A DNA stretch of 64,000 nucleotides from Octopus sinensis (GCF_006345805.1 NC_042997.1:111910001-111974000); one strand, 5' to 3'; shown: positions 23,045-35,954, counted from the first letter of the stretch. The notes: a model not told the origin generated them from the sequence alone. Numbers and translations: made by a program.

Positions 23045-24456
23045 GCGCGCACAACCCTTTATTTTCATGCTATTATTTATGTTTCAAGAAACTTTGCTCC
23101 AAATAAAAATCATTTCACGTTCTCTCGAAGATTTATAAATTGTTATGACGTCAACAATGCACACACACACACACACACACCCAATATATATATATATATA
23201 TATATACATATAAATATTCATGCAGATACGAATGCGTAGTTGCTGGGTACACAGATGTTGGAATGAACTGTCAGGCAAAATTTGACGTTAATGTCTGGAA
23301 ATACTTCGAATATTTTAAATATTTTGAAGAAATGCTAATTTATGTTTGTATTTATGTGAAAGAAGTACCAAACCTCAAAGGAATTTGTAACGTTGAAGTG
23401 AGACAAGAGCAGGTTTCAGGTATCCGACTCGGCTACACAAGAACTTAATTCTACGTAATGATATTTACCAATTCTTTAGTTCCATAGCGATTTAGTGTAT
23501 GGTGAAATAAAAGAAGAGAGAAAGAAACGCATTTGTAAGAAAATGGAAGAAAGGAGATTGCGTGGACTTCATAAAGTGTCTTGCTCAAGGGCACAACCAC
23601 TGCCGGTAACAGAACTCATGACGTTACAATCATGCGCCGTATACCTTAACCACTGAGCCACGCGCTTCCACATTGCCTGCGCTCTTTACTCTCTCTCTGT
23701 CTTTCTCTCATCCCCATCCTTCCTCTCTCTCCTCTTCCTATTTCTCTCTTGCCTCTCTTAATATTTCTACTCCCTCTCTTCTTCCTCTCTCCCTCTTTCT
23801 CTTCTCCGTTTCGGGCATTTCGTGTTTATGAATGGCTGATTCTTTTGCATGTACCCCCGCGACTACTGGGGGGGGGAGGAAAGAAGTTAGTCACAGAAAG
23901 AAGACCTGGATCGAATACAGGGCATTCTTATGTTACCCAGAGGCCTCACTAGTTTAGGGGGCCAATTCTGATCCATGTATGGTGTGGTTTGCGGTCAATA
24001 AATAAATACTATAGAGCCCAGGCCATTGAATTGCCGCGGGTCCACAATACTGCCAAGTCGGTTCTGATCGGACGTTTGTAAAAATGGGTTCCCCTAAGAG
24101 ACGTTAAAGGATCATGTTTTGAATCCGGTGACACTCCCACTAGCACTATCACCATCAACATTACCTACACCACAATTAATGCCACTATTGATACTAATAC
24201 TACTACTGCTGGATGAGATGGTCACGGCTGGGACGTCCTCAATCAGAGCTGCTCAGTCAAGGATAGGATTGGTCTCTTTGACCAGCGTCACCGCAATTTC
24301 CATCAACCAAATGTCAGTCACAAGGCTTTGGTTGATATGAAGCTATGAAAGAAGATACTTTGTCCGAGGCGAGGCGGGGTGAAATTGAACCTGAAACCAC
24401 TTGGTTTAGTTGTGAAAGGGATTTCTTAACAACACGGCAATGCATGCGTCCTTTAC

Positions 24457-24770
24457 TGGTTCTCCGTCGGTTACGACGACAAGCGTTCCAGTTGATCTGA
24501 TCAACGGAACAGCCTGCACGTGAAATTAGCATACAAGTGGCTGAGTACACCACAAACACGCCTACTTTTAATGTAATTCTCAGTGAGATTCAGTGTGACA
24601 CAGAATGTGACAAGTCTGTCCCCTTTGAATTACAGGTACAATTAATTTTTGTCAGATGAGTGGAATGGAGGAAACGTGTGTTGGTCAAGGAAGCAACGAA
24701 CCGCCAGGAATCGAACTTGCGTCCTTACGATCGTGAGCCGATCGCATCCTTACCGCAAAGCCAAACGCTT
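24457..24770 (-). mobile_element. SINE family D with gacggagtgcca-type tail (diverged)
   Basis: Reverse complement homology to 25928-26248 and 46611-46988. Confidence 0.75.
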
Positions 24771-24871
24771 TCAGAACAGACTCTATGACACTACACTGTT
24801 TGACCTCCTCTGGGTGGACTCTCGTGTTAGACCGATTGACTGGAAAAGAACGTGTCTCTAATGAGCAAGCA

Positions 24872-24905
24872 TCATCATCATCACCATCACCACCACCACC
24901 AGCAC

Positions 24906-24956
<51 letters not shown>

Positions 24957-25120
24957 TATCATCATCTTCATTACCACTACTATTATCATCACGAACACCC
25001 ACTCATACGTTGTCATCATTGTCATCATCAAAATCACCATAGTCATGATCATCGTTATCCTCCTCCTCCTCCTCCTCCTCATTATCATCATCATCTCCAT
25101 CATCACCATCACCACCACCA

Positions 25121-25154
<34 letters not shown>

Positions 25155-25168
25155 TCCATCATCACCAT

Positions 25169-25199
<31 letters not shown>

Positions 25200-25572
25200 G
25201 TCGTCTCCACCACCACCACTAATCCTCACCATCACCATCGTCAAAATTACCATTGGCATGATCATCATTATCCTCCTCCTCTTCCTTCTCCTCCTCGTCC
25301 TGCTCCTGCTCCTCGTCCTGCTCCTGCTCCTCGTCCTGCTCCTGCTCCTCGTCCTGCTCCTGCTCCTCCTCATCATCATCATCACCACCACCACTACCAT
25401 CACCACTACCACCATTACCACCACTACCACCGTCACTACTGCCACTCTCTCCACCACCAATAACCCCCACCACCGCCGCCGCCACCATCACCACTACCAC
25501 TACCACCACCACCACCACCACCACTTCCACATCATCATCATCATCAACATCATCATCATCATCATCATCATC

Positions 25573-25619
<47 letters not shown>

Positions 25620-25650
25620 CATCATCATCATCATCATCATCAACAACAAA
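24872..25650. repeat. (CAT)n/(CAC)n/(CCT)n tract including four 18-bp units (25291-25362)
   Basis: Direct observation; ctcctcgtcctgctcctg x4; a unique phrase is duplicated at about 25030 and 25243. Confidence 0.95.
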
Positions 25651-25927
25651 CAGCATCTATCAAATCAGTCGCTAATTTTTTTCTTTCTTTCTTTTTCAAA
25701 TTTGAAATCCTTAAAATGTTTGCTCGGTGGTTTTTCTCCGATAATTCTGGAGATAAAAGCGAAATCCTTCCAATGCTGCGCAGGAAACGGTTTGATGTTG
25801 TGAAGGGTTAAAGAGTTCAACACCGTTTCTTAGTCTTTTCTCTTACTCTCTTCCCGCTCTTATCGATTTCTCGCTGATCATTGAAACTTGTCACTTATTA
25901 CGTTATATTAACGTCCTTCTAATGAAC

Positions 25928-26248
25928 GAGCGTGGCTTAGTGGTTAGGGTAATCGGCTCACGGTCGTAAGGTTGTGAGTTCGATTCCCAGGCGGTAGGTT
26001 GTGATCTTGAACAACACACTTTATTTCAAGTGGCTCCAGCCCACTCACCTGACAAAAATGAGTTGTACCTTTAATTCAAAAGGGGCCAGCCTTGTCACGT
26101 TCTATGTCACACTGAATCTCCTTGAGAACTACACTAAGAGTATGTGTGTCTGAGGAGTACTCAGTCACTTGCACGTTAATCTCACAAGCAGGCTGTTCCG
26201 CTGATCGGATCAACTGGAACCCGCATCGTCGTAACCGACGGAGTGCCA
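25928..26248 (+). mobile_element. SINE family D
   Basis: A box tggcttagtgg, B box gagttcgattcc, tail ...gtaaccgacggagtgcca. Confidence 0.85.
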
Positions 26249-26274
26249 GTTAATGTTCTCTATCTAGATATTCT

Positions 26275-26405
26275 TTTCTACTCTAGGCACAAGACCCGAA
26301 ATTTTGGGGGACGTGGGGCCAGTCTCTTAGATCGACCCCAGTACGCAGCTGGCACTTAATTTATCAACTCCGAAAGGATGAAAGGCAAAGTCGACCTCGG
26401 CGGTT
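26275..26405 (-). mobile_element. SINE family A, 3' part with gtgcctagagtagaaa tail
   Basis: Homology to the other family A copies. Confidence 0.8.
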
Positions 26406-26462
26406 CTCTTATTAGATATTAAGGTGAATATTTATGCTGTTGATCAACAAAATTGGATCGGT

Positions 26463-26600
26463 TATCGTAAATCCTCGAGTATAGTCCGCCCTTGAGTATA
26501 ATACGCAGGGGATTTTTAGGGGGCTGTACCTCTGAAAAAGCTAAACCTCGTGTATAATACGCACCCCTTCTCTAGCTTGAGTCGTGTGTAATTAAGCCAG
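26463..26600 (+). mobile_element. Left end of a possible pogo/Tc2-like DNA transposon
   Basis: ta-tcgtaaatcctcgagtatagtccgc followed by repeated gtataatacgca motifs; no right TIR found. Confidence 0.35.
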
Positions 26601-26985
26601 CAGGAAGGTTTGATTAGGTTTTGCAAAATTAGTTCGGCATTAATGTTGGAAAGATAGTTAATTACGTAAAATTAAAAGTAAAAATAAAATAAGAATTATT
26701 TCGCACAGACACTAGGAAATCCTTGATATTGCGGAAAGCTCAGCGGGAAGAAATAAACCTCATGTCGGTCATTGAAAGAGTATTAAATCAGAATAGCTAT
26801 CTATGTATTATACTTAAAGTAATATACCGTTGAAATGTATGATGCTGTGGTTTTTGTCTGGAATAACATTTTCGTAGACATTTTGTGTTAAAATCCCTAC
26901 GTGTGCCGAAGCTAGTCTCATTTGCTATGAGAGTTATTTCGCGAAGTTCCTTTAACTGCAGACTGATGTCATTATTAACCACATT

Positions 26986-27175
26986 CAAGGCAGCAAACAG
27001 GCTGAATCGTTAGCACGTTACGTTCTGAGTTCAAATTCCGCCGAGATCGATTTTGCCTTTCATACTTTTGGGGTCGATGAAGTAAGTACCAGTTGGGCAC
27101 TGAGGGTCAATGTAATCGACTTAGCCCTTTCCAAAAATTTTTTGGCCTTGTGCCAAAATTTGAAATCACTATTAA
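26986..27175 (+). mobile_element. SINE family A, internally deleted, with ggccttgtgccaaaatttgaaa tail
   Basis: B box gagttcaaattcc and family A body. Confidence 0.75.
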
Positions 27176-27306
27176 CCACATTTATAACTGCTAAATTCAT
27201 ATTTTGATTATCTCCCTTGACTACACTTTCAACCTTGTCAGTATAACAGTCACATCACAAGCAACCGAATTGTTGATGCCGTTGTCGCCGCCGCCGCCGT
27301 TGTTAC

Positions 27307-27340
<34 letters not shown>

Positions 27341-27491
27341 GCTGTAGGTGGTGGTGGTGGTGGTGGTGGTGGTGGTGGTGGTGGTGGTGATTGTATGTAC
27401 CCCAAGTCAATCCAGATTCAGCAGTCCCATGGCATGTAGGCAGACGATCGAGTGATGAAGCATGATTCACAGCTTCATCTTCCTCGTTAAA

Positions 27492-27806
27492 CCTATTTCT
27501 TTACTACCCACAAGGGGCTAAACACAGAGGGAACAAACAAGGATAGACAGATGGATTAAGTCGATTATATTGATCCCAGTGTGTAACTGGTACTTAATTT
27601 ATCGACCCCGAAAGGATGAAAGGCAAAGTCGACCTCGGCGGAATTTGAGCTCAGAATGTAAAGACAGATGAAATACCTATTTCTTTACTACCCACAAAGG
27701 GCTAAACACAGAAGGGACAAACAAGGACAGACAGACGGATTAAGTCGATTACATCGACTCCAGTGCATAACTGGTACATATTTAATCGACCCCGAAAGGA
27801 TGAAAG
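27492..27806 (-). mobile_element. Head-to-tail tandem of 5'-truncated SINE A, 184-bp period
   Basis: cctatttctttactacccacaa begins at 27492 and again at 27676. Confidence 0.85.
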
Positions 27807-28261
27807 ATGCGCGTTGTATATAATGTGTGTGTGTGTGTGTCACCACCGTTTGGCAACCAGAGTTGGTTTGTTTACGTTCTCGTAACTTAACGATTCGAAA
27901 TGGGAGACCGATATATATTTAGTTTGATATACAGATGGTAATTTTAGTTTAATGTTGTTTCACTTGCATATTCCGACTTTTTCTACAGTTCGGCCAGCTT
28001 GTGCAATATCAGTGAATGTTTTTACTCACTATTTCCTACATATCCAAACTCGAATTTCATTTAAACAGGTGACAATTGACAGCACGACATTGACGAACCT
28101 CGAGAAAGATGAAATGCATGTCATTCGCTTGTGTCTCACGGTGACAGTGTTCGTCTCGCTCCTATATTTCGTGTTTTTAACACGTCTATGAAAGGATATT
28201 ATCTCTGAAAATTTCACTACTTCCTGTCTTCTAACGGTGTGTATACATACATATATACACC

Positions 28262-28445
28262 CACATCGCTAGCCACTATACATTCCTTATTTTCTCTCCT
28301 TGTTTCTTTCTGTATTCCTTTCTGTGTAAGAGCGTTAGCCTCGAAACGTTAAAGACTTTTTCACTTCCCGAGCGTTATACTAATACATCTGTTTGTTGTT
28401 TACAGCACCTGTCTTCGTCTTCGGTTTTTTTGTGAATTCTCCCTA
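28262..28445 (+). mobile_element. Family C repeat with decayed hammerhead-like motif at 28318-28354
   Basis: cttt-CTGTGTA-a-gagcgttagcctc-GAAA-cg-TT-aaag. Confidence 0.7.
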
Positions 28446-28447
28446 TG

Positions 28448-28504
<57 letters not shown>

Positions 28505-28737
28505 TGTGTATTTTGTAAATTTAATCTTATTTGAGAAAAACAGTTGTTGGTTAATATGTTGATTAATTAATAAATTAATTTGTATCCATTAGATCTCTCT
28601 GTCCTCTAACTCAATAAAAACGTCTGATATCTTACGATATTTTATATAAAATATCCATTGAAGGATTTTCTCTTCATGATTTAATATATTAAAGTATATA
28701 AATATCCCAATGAGAGGTTTGAATATCCTCATTGTGA

Positions 28738-28796
<59 letters not shown>

Positions 28797-28850
28797 CACA
28801 CACACATATATACATACATACATACATACATACATACATACATACATACA

Positions 28851-28882
<32 letters not shown>

Positions 28883-29493
28883 CATATAGACATATATACA
28901 TACATATACATATATACACACACACACACATATATAGTTTTGAGACTTTTGTGGGGAGAGACGGATATAACTGTCCCAGATTAATGTCATTTTAGTACAT
29001 CCTTACTATACATCTAATAAGCTGACTTGCCAACTTTTTTTTAAAATTTCAGATTGAAGGTGACGGCTATAACAACCCTTTGGACACACCCAACCAAACA
29101 CTGCTTGACACAGCTGACTTGTTTTCAGATTGCAGTTGGGACGTTTGGAAACTCGCAATGTAATGAAGTTTTGTGTTAATCTGGGGAAAAAAACACTACG
29201 AAAACTCATAAAATGCTTATGGATTAAGTTTTTCACTGGCAGAAGAGTTTCAAGATCGGAAGGGAAGTGTTGGGGTGGGGGAGAGGAGTGTCAGAACATT
29301 TGAGATGGTTGAGAAAATTCACAATTCTCTGGGTGATGACTTGTGTATTTATAAAGACAGCAAGCATACAGTTTGGAATTGATGTGGCAACTGTACACAG
29401 AATTTACGTTATTTACATTAATAATAATAATAATAATGATAATAATAATAATAATAATAATGATAATAACAATAATAATGATAATAATAATAA

Positions 29494-29872
29494 CTAATTC
29501 GTTTATTGGTCACAAGGGCTGACAAAAATTAATTAAAACATAAAGGGACAAAACACAGGACGAAAGTTACAAAGGGTTTTGTTCGTTTTCAAAAAACCGT
29601 GTAAAAATTCCAGAGATTACAACGAAAATATAACAATTGAAATTCCCAATAGGGGGAGGCGCTTCGAAAGGTTACTTGTAGAAAAACCCATAAAAGCCAC
29701 GGGTGCCTGGTCAAATGGGGGGTAGAGAGCCCCTTTCTCCTTTTATAATACATTTTTATACTACGGGTGTATCCTCAGAATTGGTCCATTTAAACTGGCC
29801 ATTCTTGCGACATTTACCCACCTTTCAGTAAACTTGCTATCAGTCAGCACTTCTCTCTCTACTCTCACCTTC
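29494..29872 (-). mobile_element. Tx1/L1-clade LINE 3' end
   Basis: KVRVEREVLTDSKFTERWVNVARMASLNGPILRIHP* plus a 3' UTR ending aataaacgaattag then (TTA)n; homologous to 181-829. Confidence 0.75.
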
Positions 29873-30060
29873 GAAAAATACCTAAGGAATGAGAACCCAG
29901 GTTCAAATTTTCCTCAAGACACCCGATGAAGGCTAGAGGGTATATCAGCCGAAACGTTGTGTTAACAACAAACAAGATGAGGACAAATATCCGTCAAATG
30001 TAAATAATGTAAATGATATAAATAATGTACATAATTCCTCATCTCTTAAATATAGAACTG
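29873..30060 (+). mobile_element. Family H1 repeat
   Basis: Matches 18520-18700. Confidence 0.8.
29918..29963 (+). ncRNA. Minimal type-I hammerhead-like motif H1 (CCGAUGA)
   Basis: gacac-CCGATGA-a-ggcta...cagcc-GAAA-cg-TT-gtgtt. Confidence 0.6.
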
Positions 30061-30084
30061 TGTACACAGAATTATTCATGACGA

Positions 30085-30435
30085 TCTGAACAGGAGCAAT
30101 ATTTGTGCAAAGTTTGTTTCCAAGGTGTTCAATGACGAATATTCTGGCAAGCGACTACTTGACAGAGGTGGGTATCAAAACTGCCCACCGCCCTTCCTGC
30201 AACACAGGCCTTGTTCTCTGTGATTTTTGGTTGTTCTCCAAGCTGAAAGAGAACCTCGGGTGCAGTTGCTTTGAAGATGAAGGAGGCTATGATAAGGATC
30301 CAGGACCCCCTTCGCTCTGGAGGACTTCCATGGGGCCCATCATGACGTGACTGGAGCCTTATAACAAGTGCATTGAAGTCAGCTGATCTTAATTTCAAAG
30401 AGATGAGAAAAGGTCTCGAACCTTCTGGAATGCAT
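30085..30435 (+). mobile_element. Mariner transposase remnant
   Basis: YLTEVGIKTAHRPSCNTGLVLCDFWLFSKLKENL corresponds to the mariner HPPYSPDLAPCDFWLFPKLK motif. Confidence 0.65.
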
Positions 30436-30525
30436 TTTATGTGAGTCTTTTATATGTTACGCAAATGGCGAAAGCTAAAGATTCGAATCGTTCCCCCAAA
30501 ATTATTCGGGATTTTTTGCTTTAAA

Positions 30526-30765
30526 CTCTTTACTCTCTTTAATCTTTTATTTGTTTCAGTCATTTGACTACGGCCATGCTGGAGCACCGCCTTTAGTCGA
30601 GTAAATCGACCCCAGGACTTATTCTCTCGGTCTCTTTTGCCGAACTGCTAAGTTACGGGAACATAAACACACCACCATCGGTGGTCAAGCGATGTTGGGG
30701 GGAGGGGAACACACACAGACACAGAAACATATACATATTCATACATACATACATACATACATACA

Positions 30766-30813
<48 letters not shown>

Positions 30814-30981
30814 CGCATATAAACGACGGGTTTCTTTCAGTTTCCGTCTACCAAATCCACTCACAAAGCTTTGGTCGGCTCGAGGCTATAGTAGAAGACA
30901 GTTGCCCAAGGTGCCACGCAGTGGGATTGAACCCAGAACCATGTAGTTCGTTAGCAAGCTACTTACCACACAGCCACTCCT
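30526..30981 (-). mobile_element. SINE family B, full length
   Basis: Head, internal (CATA)/(TA) tract and tail all present. Confidence 0.9.
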
Positions 30982-31260
30982 ACCCCTCGATTTCCAGAGA
31001 ATAACGAGTTCCAGAAAATCGAGAAGTCCCTGATTGATTTACTGCTTTAAATCGAACACTCAAATACTGTGTCTCCTCTTCATAACTATACAATATCCAA
31101 CATTCAAATGTTATGTGTTATGCTTAATTTTCATTTAGAATATTTAATGTGATTAGTATCGCCATAAAGTTAATTATTTAATTAATTTTTATATCCGTTT
31201 GCACATCTTTGATTGAATTTAATATTTATATTGACATGTAAATACAAACTTTGTGTATAA

Positions 31261-31530
31261 TTTATGATGACACGCTCTTGTTGTTGTTGTTCTTGTTGCT
31301 GCTGCTGTTGTTCTTGTTATTGTTGTCATCATTGTTGCTGCTGCTGTTGCTGCGATTGTTGCTGCTGTTATTGAGGAGGAGGAGGAGGAGGATGAAGATG
31401 ACGATGATGATGACGACGGTGATGATGCTGTTGTTTTTGTTGCTGTTATGTTTGATGATGTTGTTATTGATATTGTTGCTGTTATTGTTGTTGTTGTTGT
31501 TGTTGTTGTGGTGGTGGTGGTGGTGGTGGT
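31261..31530. repeat. (TTG)/(CTG)/(GAT)/(GTG) compound microsatellite
   Basis: Direct observation. Confidence 0.93.
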
Positions 31531-32184
31531 ATTTCAGGCTCGGGTCATTCCTTTTTATCAAAGGCATTCCAGCCGCGGCCATCCCTTCTCTCCTTGGTCA
31601 AGACATAGCATATCTAAGACTACAACATCTAAAAGAATCCTTCCTGCTTTATAGACAATGCAGTGTTATCTAAGAGGGATTTAACTTACTATTTCCAGCA
31701 AGTCGATTGACAACACTAAACATCGAAACGCAAGACGATCTATAATAGCACAGAACTGAAATAGCCAAGGGGTCAAGATACGGCGTTAAAGAAATTAAAA
31801 AGGGGTAAAAACACGTAATCCTGGTCGCCACCGACAGCAATTGGTCCCTAAAAGAATTAGATACGTCCTGTTACTGTGGACGGTATTAAATGAAACGGTT
31901 TGGTTTTTTCTTTTATCACGTAATGAGAACGAGAGACAAAATGGCGTTGTTGCTTTGGCTGTAAAGCTGGGTCCGTGCATTAGATTGGGCAAACTAAAAA
32001 TGATCGCCAAGGGCAGTCAAATTAGGGAGCGCCACATAAATTCTGATCAACATAGGCATGATTCCTTAATCCAAGTAAAAACACGGAAACATAATAATAA
32101 AGAGATTGGATCAAGTCACTCCAAGGGCAGAAGTGAGTGGAGGACAGGCGTGGGATGGAACTGGTGAGACAAGAGGAGCACCGT

Positions 32185-32381
32185 CTTTTTTATTTGTTTC
32201 ATTCATTAGACTGCGGCCATGCTGGGGCACCGCCTTGGAGAATTTTTAGTCGACCCCAATCCTGATATTTTGTTAAGTCTTGTACTTATTCTCTCGGTCT
32301 CTTTAAATCGAACCGCTAAGTTATGCTCACGTAAACACACCAACACCGGTTGTCTAGCAGTAACAATCACGGAAAGAAAGA

Positions 32382-32419
<38 letters not shown>

Positions 32420-32564
32420 ACGCACACACATTTATATTTATACAGGCTTCCTTCAGTTTCCGTCTGCCAAATCCACTTACAAGGCTTTGGCTAGCCCGCG
32501 GCTATAGTACAAGACACTTGCCTAAAGTGCTACACAGTGGAACTGAACCCGGAACCATGTAGTT
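32185..32564 (-). mobile_element. SINE family B, 5' end missing
   Basis: Family B body and tail. Confidence 0.85.
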
Positions 32565-32575
32565 ATATATATATA

Positions 32576-32870
32576 TATCACGTGATCACGTGACCGACCA
32601 GACCATCAGATGTAGTTACACATCGCTGGTCACAATGCGCTCGCATTGTTTTAGCCTTCGAATGACGCCACCCCGCTGGCTAAGCGAGCAGACCGACAGA
32701 AGAAAGAGTGGTGAAAGGGTACAGCAGGGATCACCACCCCCTGCCGGAGCCTCGTGGAGCTTTTAGGTGTTTTCGCTCAATAAACACTCACAACGCCCGG
32801 TCTGGGAATCGAAACCGCGATCCTGCGACCGCGAGTCCGCCACCCTAACCACTAGGCCATTGCGCCTCCA
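32576..32870 (-). mobile_element. SINE family D, well preserved, with cacgtgatcacgtgata tail, in (TA)n
   Basis: Head tggaggcgcaatggcctagtggttaggg...gtttcgattccc. Confidence 0.9.
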
Positions 32871-32949
32871 TATATATATGTTACAAATAAGAAAATGGAG
32901 AAACAATTTAGTTGGTTCATCAGCTTTCAGATATTAGAATGTTGACTTA

Positions 32950-33302
32950 TTTATTCATTTAACAAAAACGAGAACCTTAATAACATACATATATACATTA
33001 TAATTCAATACATATAAGATAAGGATACAATTATAAAAATCTCAATATAAATTATTGAAATAATTAAAATCATTCCTTACAGCTGTTTCAGCCTATGGAA
33101 AAAATTATTTTTTCAGTGCCTACAGTTGTCAATTATATTGAGGTTGTAGGCATTTAAAAATAAGGTACTTATATATAACCATAGGCCTCGTCAGAGATTA
33201 TAAAGAACTTTAAAAATATAAATACATGAAACAGGATACACGTACAATTTAATATTTATAAATATAAACAAATATCCATATACACATACATACATAATAT
33301 AT

Positions 33303-33347
<45 letters not shown>

Positions 33348-33600
33348 TGTCAGTTGGTTAAATATGCAATCAGCTTACTAATCAATCGCTAGCTTAATAT
33401 ATACACCTTTACATGTGTATAAATACATAAATAAGCACAATTAAACCATAGGTCCAAGCAAATAGACCATTCGTCATATACATATATATACATATATACC
33501 GGAACATATACATACGTCCATGCTCATGGCTACATAAACAATATTTAATTGTTACTAATATTATTATATATATAAGGATGAAATCTGTATAAGATTTTAT
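32950..33600 (-). mobile_element. Family H2 repeat
   Basis: Reverse-complement homologue of 16020-16740. Confidence 0.65.
33075..33197 (-). ncRNA. Type-I hammerhead-like motif H2, best-preserved copy
   Basis: tct-CTGACGA-ggcctatgg...ccataggct-GAAA-cagctg-TA-agg; the loop contains nested hairpins tgcctaca/tgtaggca and tcaat/attga. Confidence 0.62.
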
Positions 33601-33929
33601 CGAGTAGCCAGCGTATAAAACCAATTAAGGAAAAAATTAATACAAGGTGTCTAATTTTTTTCCTTTATATAAAAATACATTATAATATCGAGGCCTTTTT
33701 ACTATCCATAAAAGCCACACGCTTTAATGGGACTCTAAGGTCAAACTACTTCAATAAGTATACACACGCGCCGACTTCGCGGGAATGAAGCTAGGAGAAA
33801 TTCCTTTAATAAAAAAAAGTTTATACATGAAGACGTGTTCTAGTCTGTCTCCTGTCCAAGCTTTATTTATGCATTCGCCACCACAACCTCGTTTAGGTTT
33901 AGCAGCCCTTCCTGTTTGTTTTCACTGTC

Positions 33930-34205
33930 CTGTTTGTGTTACCAGATTTGACCCTCCGCAAAAATCCCAAATTTTATTTAATTTGCTTTGCGGGAGCAAC
34001 TGTTTTATCGAAAGCTTATATTGTTTTTATATGCTTGAAATACGAAACTAGAAAAACAGCCAAGAACTGATGAAGGATCCTTCTTATGTTGTTTGTTATG
34101 TTTTCCATTTGTGTCTTTTGTTGTTCGAAAGAATAGTTCATGTTCCATGTACTCGTGCTTCGTACTTTTTTGTTGCACACGTTTCGTGACGTCCTGTGCC
34201 TACAT
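33930..34205 (+). mobile_element. Family F repeat
   Basis: Homologous to 7150-7350. Confidence 0.6.
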
Positions 34206-34282
34206 ATGCATATATGTATAGATGTAAGCTTGTACATATACGTATGTATATATGCATATGTATATATATATATTATATATAT

Positions 34283-34329
<47 letters not shown>

Positions 34330-34333
<4 letters not shown>

Positions 34334-34560
34334 AAAATTCACAAAAAACAAAAAACGAAGACAGGTGGTGTAGACAACAAACAGATGCATTAGTAAACGC
34401 TCGGGAAGTGAAAATTCTTTTTAACGTTTCGAGTCTACGCTCCTCCACAGAAAGAAACAAGAAGAGAAAATAAAGAATGTGTAGTGGCTAGCGATTTATC
34501 ATGGCGAATGCCAGACGGACGGTCACACCAGAGAGCTATGGAGAAGGGGAGATAATAAAG
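34330..34560 (-). mobile_element. Family C repeat with hammerhead-like motif at about 34419-34454 (CUGUGGA)
   Basis: cttt-CTGTGGA-g-gagcgtagactc-GAAA-cg-TT-aaaa. Confidence 0.72.
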
Positions 34561-35469
34561 TAGTGGTGATATATATATATCTTGTGTCTTGAAGGAACAG
34601 TGTGCTAATAAGAATAATAGACACACGCACTTCTTAATTTTTAGTCAGTTGATTAAATATGCAATCAGCTTACTAATCAATCGCTAGCTTAATGTGTTGG
34701 TAAAACAATCAATCGGTAGTTTGTCGAATCCTTTCGTCGCGGTTCGCAACTCCATCAAAGACATGCCTCCTCTCTTCAAGATGGTCTACTTTTAGTCTCC
34801 GTCCACGAAATCCAGGCACAAGGCCCTGGCCGGCCTGGGGCTACAATAGAAAGCACTTGCCCAAGTGACCACGCAGTGGAACAACCTGAAACCCTGACTG
34901 CGCCTGAGGGAGATTAGTCAAGAGACATTCGTGCATCGCCTGAAGACATATTAGAATGGCATCGGATATCGCGGTGAAATTTTATTAGTACACGGAGTCA
35001 ATGAGGTAGACATTTTGTTTCGGAAACGGTGATATGTGATGTATATAAAAAAGAAAACCCGGCTCATTAAGTCCTATAGAAATCCATTTACATCGAGAAA
35101 CCTTAAATTTAAAGTTATTGAGAGGTTTTGGTTCTTGTTTGTACTTTTTCTTTTTCTAATTTATTTTATGGAATTTATTATAAGGTTGCTTGTTCAGTCG
35201 CTAAGGATTCACTGCTGATAAATCCTAGACAGTCATGGTATGAATATAAAGTTATATTGTTTGACTCTGAGAGCTTTTACGTCTTAGAATGTAATGAATG
35301 GTTTTTGCAAAATTAGGAAAACATACAAGTGAATTGCTCAATAAAACAACAACAAAAACTGAATTATAAGATGAGGTGGGAGTGTTTTTAAACGTTCAGA
35401 GATTATATTTTTAGATTTTAGAAGAGGTTAAATGATATACGAGAATAATAAATTGGATAGTGTTTAAGA

Positions 35470-35721
35470 TAGTGGTTCCCAATCAGGGTCCATGTGACAC
35501 ATGGGGGGGGGATCCATATAATGTTTTGTTGTTAAAGTTTATGTGTAATAAATGACTTATACCTCTACATGCGCAAAATATTTTAACTATTTTTGTAATA
35601 CAATTCCTAATAATATTTAACTATAAAAATTATAATTGGATTACATGGAATGGTTATAAGGGTCCACCGAAATAAAAAGGGAATCAAAGGAGTCCATAGA
35701 TAAAAATGGTGGAGACCACTG
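35470..35721. mobile_element. hAT/Charlie-like MITE
   Basis: TIRs tagtggttccca and tggagaccactg; 8-bp TSD gtttaaga/gtttagga (7 of 8 match). Confidence 0.8.
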
Positions 35722-35725
35722 GTTT

Positions 35726-35884
35726 AGGAGTGACTGTGTGATAGGAAGTTTGCTTCCCAACCACATGTTCCCGGGTTCAGTCCCCACTGCGTGGCACTTT
35801 GGGCAAGTGTCTTCTACCATAGCCTCGGTTTGACCAAAGCCTTGTGAGTGGATTTGATAGACAGAAACTGAAAGAAGCTCGTGG

Positions 35885-35885
<1 letters not shown>
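35726..35885 (+). mobile_element. SINE family B, 5' half
   Basis: B box gggttcagtccc and family B body. Confidence 0.85.
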
Positions 35886-35921
<36 letters not shown>

Positions 35922-35954
35922 TGATCAAAATAAAAACATGATGCCAAGGATTCA

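Noticed and set aside
24852-25803. Long poly-His/Ile/Asp ORFs (200-252 aa)
   Set aside because: Trinucleotide microsatellite open in several frames on both strands; no domain content.
28070-29160. Acceptor-led open stretches near 28070 and 29053
   Set aside because: Donors are weak or absent and the peptides are unrecognisable; expected by chance in AT-rich DNA.
32790-32870. tRNA gene (likewise at the other SINE heads)
   Set aside because: A and B boxes are present but no complete cloverleaf; each continues into a SINE body.
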